Of a stretch of 64,000 bases of DNA, positions 53,101 through 64,000 are shown piece after piece; position 1 is the stretch's first letter, and each line of letters opens with the position of its first letter. Below the pieces are notes generated by a model. It was not told the origin of the DNA and did not search any database. It saw nothing but the letters and a program-made list of their open reading frames with translations. The stretch covers positions 24,028,912 through 24,092,911 of the forward strand of contig NC_092675.1 in assembly GCF_964355755.1 (NCBI RefSeq), read 5' to 3'. The translations under genes were made by a program, and so were the position numbers. The DNA comes from Antedon mediterranea. Taxonomy: Eukaryota; Animalia; Echinodermata.

Positions 53101-56100
53101 GAAGTTGCTGTACAAGCTGCTAAGTACGTAAACACAAAACAAAATCTGTAGTTAGTTTGTTTGTAATTTCAAAACCAAAATTTAGAAAATCATGACTTTA
53201 TCAACTTGACAACAAATTAAATGATTTCATATAAATTGTACAAAGACTAATTATAAAGCTCTGTCTAAACTATAAAACTAATTTGACAAAGTGAGATGTG
53301 GCCAAATATGACAGTGATATGCTTAAATTTAGTAGTGATTTGCTTAAGTATGGTAGTGATATGACATCATCATGTCAATATAATTTGGGCACATCACAAA
53401 GTATGATAGTGTAGACAGGTCAATGTAGAGCCATTGCAGATGCTAAAATGATTATCCTAATTTATTTTTTGAAATTTTTTTTTCCAGAGATCTTGCTTCT
53501 GGCAAACTCAAAACTGAGAAACCTAAGTCAATGATGAAAAGTAAGTCTAAAATAAATATGGCTGGTAATTTGATGATAATGCTCATCTTTATTAACTTTT
53601 AATGGAAGCATTTTGGTGCAAAAAAAAGTTGCCTTTTATTGTATTGGAAACAATTGCTATTTGTGAAATATTGAAATGCCTCATCATTGTAGGGAAATAT
53701 CAGTGTAATGTTAGTTTTACAACCTAAAGATTGCATTATTATATTAATTGTACAAATGAAACAAATTACTAATTTTGGTTTTACTTTAATAGACATAATG
53801 GATGGTGTGATGGGACTTGGTTTTGTACAAAATCAAGTGTTTAAGAAAGTACATCAAACTGTAATGAAGATGTCAGGAGGACTCTATCCAGCTCCATTGA
53901 AAATTATAGATGTAAGCTTGAAGTTGAAATAAGCTCTGTCTTATGTATTATTAATTTATTCGACGCTATCGTCGTTGAGCGTTAAAAGTTCAACGACGAT
54001 CGTTTGAAAACGATCAAGTTGAAATGATAACGATAGCGAGTACCTTTTCCTGTAAATCGTTAACATTTCAATGTTTACGTAGGAGATCGCTGATTATTAA
54101 CGATAGCGTCGAATAACGTCGAGAGGAAAACAGAAAAATCTCAGAATTATATCAACAAATATTAGTAATAACAACTGTTGTAATTTGTGTGATTTGTTTA
54201 GGTTGTAAAGACTGGAGTTCAACAAGGTAGTGACGCAGGATATCTAGCTGAATCTAAAGGTTTTGGTGATCTTGCTATGACAACACATTCAAAGGCTCTG
54301 ATTGGACTCTTTCATGGTCAGGTGGGTAGTTATACAATACAATGATATTTATTCTGAGCAAACTAAAGATTTGTCTATCGTGATAACAATGTAATATTTA
54401 AAGTTTTGAATACTATAAATATTATATGCAATATTATAAGTCACCTAGAACATTGCTCCCTAGTGTTTGAGAGAGAGGGAAATGTTATGGGAGTTAAGGT
54501 CTTACCTGAAAAATACAAACACACCTAGAATATCAGATTTGTATTGTGGTACCTTCTGCCAAATGCAAGGCCATATCCAGCATGAGGCATACAAGGTGGT
54601 AACCACAGCTGATCGTGCTGGTGTTCCTCTGTATAGCTCCATCTTTACCCCGTCTTTTTAAAATAAAAAAAAGCCCTGAGGAATATGCATGCAATTTTAA
54701 TCATGATATTTATTTTGAATAATAATAATTATAAGGAATGATTATTTTTATTTTTTAGACAATATGCAAGAAGAATAAATTTGGTAAGCCTGCAAAAGAA
54801 ACAAAAACATTGGCTATTCTAGGTGCTGGTCTGATGGGAGCTGGTATTGCTCAAGTTACCTTAGATAAAGGCGTTAATGTACTGTTAAAAGATATGAGTT
54901 ATGAAGGCCTAGCCAGGGGTAATCAACAAATCTACAAAGGGTAAGATGAGTCGGACTTAATACTGTATATGCCCTGTGGGGGTCTGGTCATTACATTTAA
55001 GGTGGGATTGTAATTGAATTGTATTAACAATGGAATTGACAAGCTTGTGTCTCCATATTTTGCACAAATTGGCGGGTGAAATTGTACTCAAACTTGGGAT
55101 TATACTCTTTTCATATACAGTAATTTTTGCTGTTCAGGCCTAATAAAAGATTTTTTTTCCTATTTAATGTATCATAAATAACCATTGGTAGTGAGATTTG
55201 ATTTGATGAGTCTATTTTTACTATTTCATTTACCCTTATTTTTTTTTTACTTCAGACTCAACACTAAGGTAAAGAGGAAGAAAATTACAAGGTAAAACAA
55301 CATTTAATAGATTTAATAAGGTGGTTTCCATCAATATAAATGAGGAAAGATATATATGCTCCCTTGAGGGATAGTTAAACCTACTGTAAGTGGACACCAT
55401 CTTTTCCCGAAAACTACCTAAAAATATTTTTCAATTGATTTGTTTCAGTTTTGAACGTGACCAATTACTGTCACATCTCAGTGGACAGTTAGACTACACA
55501 AACTTTGATAAATGTGACATGGTCATTGAAGCAGTTTTTGAAGACATTAACATAAAGCATAAAGTAATAAAAGAAATTGAAAAGGTATGGTAGACACTAT
55601 CACTTGTTTTATAGTTAATCCAATGCTGAATTTATAATTTATTTTAATTATTTATTTCAACACTAAGCTTACGTATAAAATGTTCAATGTCATTTTGAAT
55701 AAAAATTAAAGATATATTTTCATATACACAAAAAACTAAATTATAAGTCTAATCCCAACTACAGTATTTAAAAAAATAATTGTCTAAAACACTACAGTAA
55801 TTTATTTAAATACAGTTTTCAAAATCATTCCACCAAATTAAAATTGCATTAAATTGGTCATGGGGAATTCTAAAGTCACTGTTATATAGACTTCTTTGTT
55901 GGTGTCTATAACCTGGGTTATTTTTACAATCATTAGTAGGACATTAGTAATGATGCATACATTAGCATTGTATGTTTGAGTATTTGGTTAAAATGTTTGG
56001 GTGATAAAGAAGAAACCGTAAAGATATTTTTTGGATGAATTATTTATATTTCAGGTTATTCCAGAGACGTGTATCTTTGCATCAAACACATCTGCACTAC

Positions 56101-58976
56101 CCATCACAGAGATAGCAAAAGCAAGTAAGAGACCTGATAAGGTTAGTAGTTAAACATTTGACATATTCATATTTTACAAATGATATCAAAACATTACAAT
56201 ATTTCTGTAGGAAGGGCGTAATCAGGCTTAGTTGGTGATCCAGCAATAACTGATCATGTTCACGTTATCCTCATTATTAATACTGTTATCATAAAATGGT
56301 TCAATTTATTTATAGGTTATAGGTATGCATTATTTTTCACCTGTGGATAAAATGCAGCTATTAGAAATTATCACAACAGACAAGACATCAAAGGATACAA
56401 CTGCTGCTGCAGTTGATATAGGCCTGAAACAAGGCAAGGTTATCATCACAGTGGGAGATGGGCCTGGCTTCTATACTACTAGGATCTTAGCGCCATTCTC
56501 TGCTGAAGCAGTCCGACTCATGCAGGTATAAAGAATTGTTTTTCTTTTTGTGAATGATCTTTCAAGACTTTGTACTCTTGCAAAACAATACCCAATACAA
56601 ACATTACTATAGTTGCTTTGTTGTTGAATGGTGATTGATATCCCAAAATATAATGAACCTGGGAATGTATGCTATAACTGTCAACTGAAAGAGAAACCTA
56701 TTCTTGTATTATTTGTTTATTTACCAGATAAATAATACATTAAATAACAACACAAATAAGCTAATTTGGCTACCTATTGACTCCTGTATAAAATATAAGA
56801 TCCTTTTACTAACATTTAAAGCGTGCTACTTCTTAAACAACCTACTTATCTTCTTGATCTTCTTTCCTCCTACACCCCTCGTGCTTGTCTTCGTTCGGCT
56901 GATCAAAACCTACTGGTTGTTCCTAGAATAAACACCAAATCTTATAGACAAAGGTCTTTTATGTTCTCTGCTGCTTCTCTTTGGAATTCTCTCCCTTGAC
57001 ATATTACTAAATCAACATCTATTGGTATTTTTAAAAAGAACTTAAAACGCATCTTTTTAAAATCTAATACAAGTGCCTTTTACTTCGGTTTAATTGATAC
57101 TGGCACAATACAAATACCTACATTATTATTATTAAATTAATTTAATGATAATATGGAATAAACTAAATTTAAAAACAACAATAATAATAATGAAACAATA
57201 AGTAATTTTTTTTATTGAAATTAATTGAAATAAAATCTGTATCAAATTATAGGAAGGAGTTAGTCCAAAGAAACTTGATCAGCTGACCAAGTCCTATGGA
57301 TTCCCAGTCGGTGCTGCAACTCTTGTAGATGAGGTTGGAGTTGATGTTGCTGCTCATGTAGCAGAGGATCTAGGAAAGGCTTTTGGTGAACGTTTTGGCA
57401 ACGCTGATGTTGGTGTACTCAAAGATATGGTGGCCGCTGGATTTCTGGGTATGATACTCTTTCTGGGTTTAAAAAGAGGGTTGTTCTGCTTCCACACTGT
57501 TGAAGTGGGCTTATTATCAAGGTTGTTTTTTTATAGTAACAATAGAAACTTTAAAACACTTTCTCTACAATGCGTTTACTTTTTAAAAAATAATGCATAT
57601 AATTATATTACCTTAAAATCAATAAACCAGGTCATTCCTTGTCTTAAATATACGTTTCATGGGTAATTATGATAAAAAGAGAGAAACAATGCACTATCTA
57701 AGTAGCTTGCGTTTAATGTCCTCTCATAGATGGTCTTGGGCCTAGCCTACCTGCATTTTAAGGGCATTTAATTATTTGTCTGTACTGCATGCTCATTATT
57801 TTATTTTGTTGAATTTTTAATCAATAAACCAGGTATACTTATGTTTAAAAGCATTACTGTATCTTATATAATATTTTAAATAACTTCTTATAAACCCTAT
57901 TATATTATAACAAAATCGATTGTTATTCTGCTCAAATATTCAGGACGAAAGAGTGGAAAGGGATGCTATGTTTACAGTGGTTCTAAAAATCGTGAAATCA
58001 ATGAGGAAGCAGAGGCAATCATGAAACGGTACTTGATAGAACCAAGAGGAGCCAACTCAGATGAGGACATGCAACTAAGATTGGTATCAAGATTTGTTAA
58101 CGAGGCTGTACTTTGCTTTCAAGAGGGCATTTTGAAGACTGCTGTAAGAGCTCACATTTATTAAAAAGTAATAGGAAAAATCGTTAAAAATTAAATAAAA
58201 TGTGTAGTTATTAAATTATTGTTATATTTTGCAGGTTGAAGGAGATATCGGAGCTGTCTTTGGCCTTGGATTTCCACCTTTCCATGGTGGTAAGTTTTTA
58301 ACAAATTTAAGACTATTCAGCTCAATGTACTATCTAGCATGGTTTCCTATTACTGTAGATTGGAAGGTTTTTTTAAAGCATGACCAAACTGTATGGTTGC
58401 TATAATACATCAAAATGTAAATCAAACTGTAAAGGGTGTTGTTAAATAATTTGGAGAAATTTATTTAGAGATACTTATTTAGAGATGGTAAAAATAAGTA
58501 TGTCATGGTATTCCAAAAAGAAAAATGCAACTCAATATTTTACTTATTAATCAATTTATGGAACAATGTAGTATGTTTAATAATTTCTTATTAGTATCTA
58601 GAGCCTAAATTCTGTATTAAAGATTATAAATAGATAAACATTATCTGGATATTTTTTACATTTATGAAAAATTTTGGGTGGTGTTTTAGCAGGAGAGTGG
58701 GAGATGACACGGAATATCGAGAGGCTCTCGCTATTATTGTTGAGAGTTGGGAGGCCTATGTTATAAATATGATCTACTATTTGCCTTACTTAATTTTGTT
58801 ATTAAATTGTATTTTATCTTGTAGGTCCATTCCGATTTGTAGACACTTTTGGTGCTGACAAACTGGTTGCCAAAATGAGAGAATTTGAAGCCCTTTTTGG
58901 AGCGCCTTTCACACCTTGCCAGCTGCTCCAAGATCATGCAAAGGACCCAACAAAGAAATTCTACCCGTCCAACTGA
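47122..58976 (+). CDS. HADHA: Mitochondrial trifunctional protein alpha subunit (enoyl-CoA hydratase / 3-hydroxyacyl-CoA dehydrogenase)
   Basis: About 21 exons (47122-47188, 49471-49512, 49734-49804, 50263-50396, 51503-51533, 51872-51979, 52310-52429, 52750-52852 ... 58825-58976). Motifs: [106 protein letters not shown] and [14 protein letters not shown]. Confidence 0.97.
47774..48100. mobile_element. MITE with ~50-bp TIRs and TTA duplication in HADHA intron 1
   Basis: tta|tgcacttgtcaattgtatgactcactatacgacccccgggagaggtgcgtcat ... atgacgcacctctcccgggggtcgtatagtgggtcatacaattgacaagtgca|tta, with internal gtgcgtca repeats. Confidence 0.88.
48374..48879. mobile_element. MITE with ~50-bp TIRs in HADHA intron 1
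   Basis: agggaggtttcgcaaccttacgaatacgataacgaaaac ... gttttcgttatcgtattcgtaagattgcgaaacctctct. Confidence 0.85.
50020..50190 (+). mobile_element. SINE fragment followed by (AAGGTGAAATAAATAAATAAAT) tandem units
   Basis: B-box-like gggttcaagcc, then gttctggtggtagaacgagtcttc shared with ~9850. About 2.5 copies of a 22-bp unit follow. Confidence 0.55.
53956..54116. mobile_element. Short CpG-rich inverted-repeat element
   Basis: ttattcgacgctatcgt ... acgatagcgtcgaataa. Confidence 0.6.
56760..57135 (+). mobile_element. 5'-truncated LINE (L2/CR1-group) 3' end
   Basis: Frameshifted peptides [40 protein letters not shown] and AASLWNSLP resemble the ORF2 C-terminus of L2/CR1-type LINEs. The element ends in an (ATT)n tail. 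Confidence 0.8.
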
Positions 58977-59996
58977 AGTATACCGGACATACAGTGATCA
59001 TATAAATGCATAGAAATGATGTTATTGCATTTGATAATGCAATGAACCTTGAGCTTTCGTGAAGAAATACATTTGAGAAAGAGGAAATCCCCAAGTACAT
59101 GTTTATAAATGAAAAACTATTAAATTGTTATAATTTATGGCACATTTACCAATGATTTTGACTCAATGGATAAGGATTTGTGTGAACAATTCTAGCAACA
59201 ACCTAATTTGTTATTGAAATAGTCTTCTGCAATATAGAGATGTGTGTGTATATAAACTATAAACTAATAAACTGAAAATTTATTCAACAATGTTTATAAG
59301 TAATATCTAAATGCTTAGTAAACATTTGACTTTAGCACAACTCGTAATTGTTGACAACTTTATTCTAATTCAATATACAAATAAAATTTATTATGAAATT
59401 TGTTTTTATTTTCATGTTGTTCTACATACATTAAAATGTATTTGATAGGCTTAAATTGGGAATGCTCTGTTCCCAGTAGAGATGCATGAGCAGATGCGTA
59501 AGCACAACGTAAATGCTTTGACCAATCACAAGTGATAGATATGTGAACTGTCGTCACTCCGTGATTGGTCAATTTGCTCCTTTTCTTCTCTTTCCTTAAA
59601 GATCATTGTTATTTTGTTACTTTCTATCACAAACAGTATCAATACACTAGAGTAGGCCTACCTGTACCCACAGGATTTAAATTTGGGGCTTTTAATGACC
59701 TTTATTCAATATTAAAATGAAAACCAATCTAAATTTAATGATTGTTTAGTTATAAATTACTATATATAGGTTTTTATTGTTATTATATTGTTTGCCTGAT
59801 GTACACAAACAACATTCTTGGGAAAAGTCTATATAAGACTGCAGATGAAATAGTTAAATTAACCCAATTTTTCTTTATAAAAAAATTTCCCCAAATATTT
59901 TGTTTTCCCTCAATCTCTCTTTTTTTATAACGTCTTGATAATTTTAACGTCGTTGGCGGCGACGTTCCGTCGTCGTAGGAACTGTCTGTAAACAAC

Positions 59997-62900
59997 ATGA
60001 ATTTTCCCGTTTTCTTGACGACACAAAGTGTTTCTAAAATTGTTTCTTTACCAGTAAGAATTTACCATTTATGTATAGACCTAGGCTTGTAACTGTATTA
60101 TATAATAATTGTTTCATATTAATTTTATTTGATGACATGTTAAGCCAGTAGGTAAGCTCTTTAGGCCTAGCCTAGCTAGGCCTAGTTTGGTAGGTCGGAT
60201 TAATAATAGCCCTGCCTGCTTGTCCATGGTCTCTTTAATACTCAATTTTGTGTTAGTCGTTTCGCCCTCTTTCTGGGATCTCTTTGAGTATTATGTATGT
60301 ATCTTTCCTTTCCATTTATAGTACATTATACCAATCTCCTTCTAGTTGCATAAGTTGATGACCAGTCATGGAAAGAGTAGTGTAGAGTAGAGAGATATGT
60401 CAAACGTCGTTTACATAAATACAGTACTAAAAATGGTTTCATTTCAAATTACCCTTTTTTTGTAGAAGGAAGGTGGGCAAATGGTTCTTGCAGATTACCT
60501 GGGTTACAATGCTGAAGATTTCCTAAAATTAAAGAATTCTATTCTACTTGATTTTCATTATAATAATTTAATGTTAGCTGTTGATAGTGGGTTTTCTTTG
60601 CAACATTCCACTGAAATGTTTAAGCTTGGACAAGAGATGCTACAAGAATGTACAGGTTTGTTATAAAATATTATAATAATAAAATGATTATTAATTGTTC
60701 ATTATTATAACTGAGAACTCATATTCTGTATTGTATTTATTGCCTACAATTAATTACGCCATATGTTCAGTACTGATGTGTTTAATTTTAAATATAATAT
60801 TCTACCTATAATAGTATTAATTATGATTATTTAAGGTGTTGAACTACCCCAAGCGATTGAGATCTACCAGGAAAAGGTTCTGCATTTATCAAATTCAATC
60901 GAACATGAAAAGTTGAAATTGTTTACAAATCATTTCTTTGGAACATTTATGAAGCATTACAGATTGTATCAGTTTGTTTTGACACAAGGGCAAGAACCAA
61001 TGTCTTCAGAAGTTAATGTGCATGTCATACCTCCAGTTGAATGTCAACAGCTAAAGGTACAAACACCTCCTTTTTGACAGCTTTTGAAAGGAAAATGAAC
61101 AAAGGGCAATATAATTATGTTTGAATACTATTAGTACAGTCACATATGTAAGGAAAACTAGCTCCAGCTCGATATTTGTGCCAAACTAGAATTTATTGCC
61201 TAACTTTGTTATTCTTGAGTTGCTGAATTAAAAAAAGTTAGGTGCCATTTTTTCTTACCACTCCTTCAGCCGCCATTTAGTATTTCAAAATGGCTAACAT
61301 TCCACATTCATGGTATCATCAGAAAGGGAATGTAATACTGATCATTTTATCCCATTACGTCCATATAAAACAAGGCCAACAGCCATTAAGTCGCGTGCTA
61401 CAATGCATAGTGATACCGGACCGACAGACAGACCGACCGACCGACATAGTGAACTATACTGACCGAAATTACTGAACATGTTTAAAAATGTTGAAATGTT
61501 TAAAAACATTTATATTTTTTTAATTTACACGTGCGTAGCCTGTCACTTTTGACGTGCTCGTATAACGTAAGTTCGAGTTGAAAAGTAAGTCAAGAAAACA
61601 GAAATCGGGCAAAAAGAGTGCGCAATAACATTTAACGCGCAGTGCGCGCGCAAAAATATGCCCACTCATGGCAATTTTGTAAACGCTTAAAATTGCCTGA
61701 AATGTACTCTTATTTCATCGAAAATAAATTTTGAAAATTTTAAGCGCGCGTACGCATGCGTTACATGCGCTACGCACGTAATTGTATTGCCATATGATGA
61801 TTTATGCCCTGAAATTTATGAGTACCAAATTTTATTTAATTGTGATTCATGGTTGTGAAGATATGATTAAAAACGTGATTTCGTTAAATCGTGCGTAGAC
61901 CGCGTAATTTTTTATTGCGCACCGTGAAAACATAACCACATTGATTCCTGGCCATAAGGAATATACTGTGAAAAATTTACCTAGCTAGATTAAACTGATA
62001 TCAAGATAAGGTCAGAAAGCGATAAAACGCATAGTGATACCGGACCGACAGACAGACAGACAGACAGACAGACCGACCGACCAACCGACCGACATAGTGA
62101 ACTATAGAGTCGCTTCCACGCAACTAAAAATGCACAGTTACATAGTTATTTAACAATAAATCAAGTCACGTGACCAATAACTAAAAAATCTCAACTCATA
62201 AAATATTCTCCCTATTTAACCCATAAACAATCATTATTTGTATAATTAACTGCAGAAAAAAAATAATCATAAAATGTTAGAGCTGATTTTTAGTCCAGTT
62301 CAAGCGTGGCTATACCTTTGTTTTAAAAGCAACTTAATTATTTTGAAGGATGCTAAAATTTTAAATATTTGGGAGTATGAACAAAAGTTGAACATTCTTG
62401 AACGTGATGAAGAAAACTGCAAAACAACCTTGAATAAACAAAAGCAGGAAGAAGAATATGAAAGAGAAAGTCAAAAACACAACCAATTTACGGTTGATTC
62501 TTCAGTTTTAAACCGTGAGGTAATTCCCACATTTGATTATTATTGTTTTTCCTTAAATTTCAATTTCACTATTGTATTTCAAAATACAGCTGAAATTCGT
62601 TTGAACTGTAAAATATACGTAAAATTGTTGTATTAGTCCCATCACAAGATATTTTCTTTTAATTAATTTTTACAATAAATATTACAAAAACTTTCAAAAT
62701 GTTTTATTGTAAATTGTCTATAGATTATTTCTGAAATGATAAAGAGAGCATCTGAAGCTGAATCAACTTATGAAGAAAAACTTTTAAAATTAGAAGTTGA
62801 AGAAGCACATGAAGATTTAGACTACTACTTGCAAAAAACAGCATTACCTAGGCCTGCTGTACTAGGTGCCCCTCCCAGGACTAAAGATCCACCAAAGCTG

Positions 62901-63002
62901 CCTTCAAGAGGAAAATCCAGTTCTAAGACGGTACAAAAGATTGGCTTAGAACCTCAAATAGCACGAGGTTCAACAAGAGGAAGTAGAAGCAAGGCCAAAT
63001 AA
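59997..63002 (+). CDS. C8orf74: C8orf74-like protein (putative CFAP119/C1a-32-related family)
   Basis: Exons 59997-60053, 60466-60655, 60837-61056, 62349-62519 and 62724-63002 splice in frame: MNFPVFLTTQSVSKIVSLPKEGGQMVLADYL...SILLDFHYNNLMLAVDSGF...HFFGTFMKHYRLYQFVL...VIPP...WEYEQ...LQKTAL...basic C-terminus. This recalls vertebrate C8orf74 (SILLD, TFIRHYKLYQYVL). The assignment is from memory and not from a search. Confidence 0.8.
61155..62130 (-). mobile_element. Helentron-associated / DINE-1-like non-autonomous element
   Basis: On the minus strand it starts TTTTTAGTTGCGTGGAAGCGACTCTATAG followed by a (GTCY)n microsatellite (62043-62093). That block is duplicated at 61405-61460 and a fragment occurs at 220-248. 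The architecture resembles DINE-1/HINE elements (inference). Confidence 0.65.
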
Positions 63003-63721
63003 AGACACTTGTACATTTGAAGCTGAACTTTATTGTCTACTAATAATGTAGTTTACTGTATATAAGCAAAGTAATTTTTATGTCTTTCATAAAAATAAAC
63101 CATCTTTATATTATTTTTTTCATTTTTTATTTAATATATGATTCAAATTATTTAATTGAAAAAGAATATTAAACATATAATATATTTTTAACCAAATTAT
63201 CTCATAAATTATAATCTCTTATTTAAAATTGTTTCAATGTTTTATCTGTTTACAGTACATGTTTGTTCTTATCCTGTTCCAATATTAAACATTATTTTAA
63301 GGCCACCACTACTAGCTTTTAAAATAATAAATCTTCAATTAAATTACATGCAACTCATCATGACAAGTTTAATTTATTTACGCCTGAAAATATGCATACT
63401 AACAAGTTATACACTATACAATGTAAACCTATAAAGCTATTGAATTATTAAGAGACCAAGCCATTTCTAAAGAAACCATTGATACATGATCGCACTAGTT
63501 CATTTACTACCCATCCTACAGGCATGACAAAATGGCACAGGACGGAAGCAAGGCCAATTAAAGTATAAATAGGAAGATGCTCAAAATTGAATATAATTAT
63601 ATAATCTGAATAAATGCATATTTTTTTACCTTTTTTAAATATTTTGTTTAAAATGGTAATGAAACGAATGATCGATCACTGTTCTGACAGTCTCTCAATA
63701 TTGTTGTTTGTTTACTGATCT

Positions 63722-63910
63722 GACCATCCTTTCCAGAATAAAGTATCTTTCTCATTGGATCACGGCTTTTACCATCTTCTCCAGAAATAAAGAATCTTGC
63801 TTTTTGGATCGCTGTTTTACCATCTGATCTCCAGAAATAAAGAATCTTGGTTTTTGGATCGCTGTTTTACCATCTTCTCCAGAAATAAAGTATCTTACTC
63901 TTTGGATCAT
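63722..63910. repeat. ~52-bp tandem repeat, about 3.5 units
   Basis: accatcttctccagaaataaag(a/t)atctt...ttggatc repeats at ~63723, 63771, 63819 and 63869. Confidence 0.85.
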
Positions 63911-64000
63911 TTGATTTTTTTCATTTATTTATACTGTACAAAAAAAGTATCCAATTTCGAGCTCATCATCTTTAGTTTTAATGTGGCTACTGTTTGGATG

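Overview
AT-rich, intron-rich animal genomic DNA. It is probably an invertebrate deuterostome such as an echinoderm, inferred from gene structure and repeat content and not verified. It is not prokaryotic: there are no operons, CRISPR arrays or rRNA. Manual splicing recovers eight protein-coding genes in this order: the 3' part of a tetraspanin (+), HINT3 (+), a stathmin (-), RNF146/Iduna (-), eIF3E (+), HADHB (-), HADHA (+) and a C8orf74-like gene (+). HADHB/HADHA are head-to-head on a short shared promoter, and RNF146/eIF3E probably are too. Introns and intergenic DNA are packed with non-autonomous DNA transposons (TTAA-, TWA- and 9-bp-TSD classes, a large foldback, a Helentron/DINE-like element), SINE and LINE remnants and minisatellites. 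I found no clearly new multi-gene system. The best leads are an RNF146 C-terminal tail that looks like a phosphotyrosine/SH3/PDZ adaptor, TAGGCCTA-rich tracts just downstream of first exons, nuclear-receptor half-sites in the HADHA/B promoter, and a three-element transposon stack upstream of the RNF146 coding exon. Exon coordinates were read by eye and may be off by a few bases.
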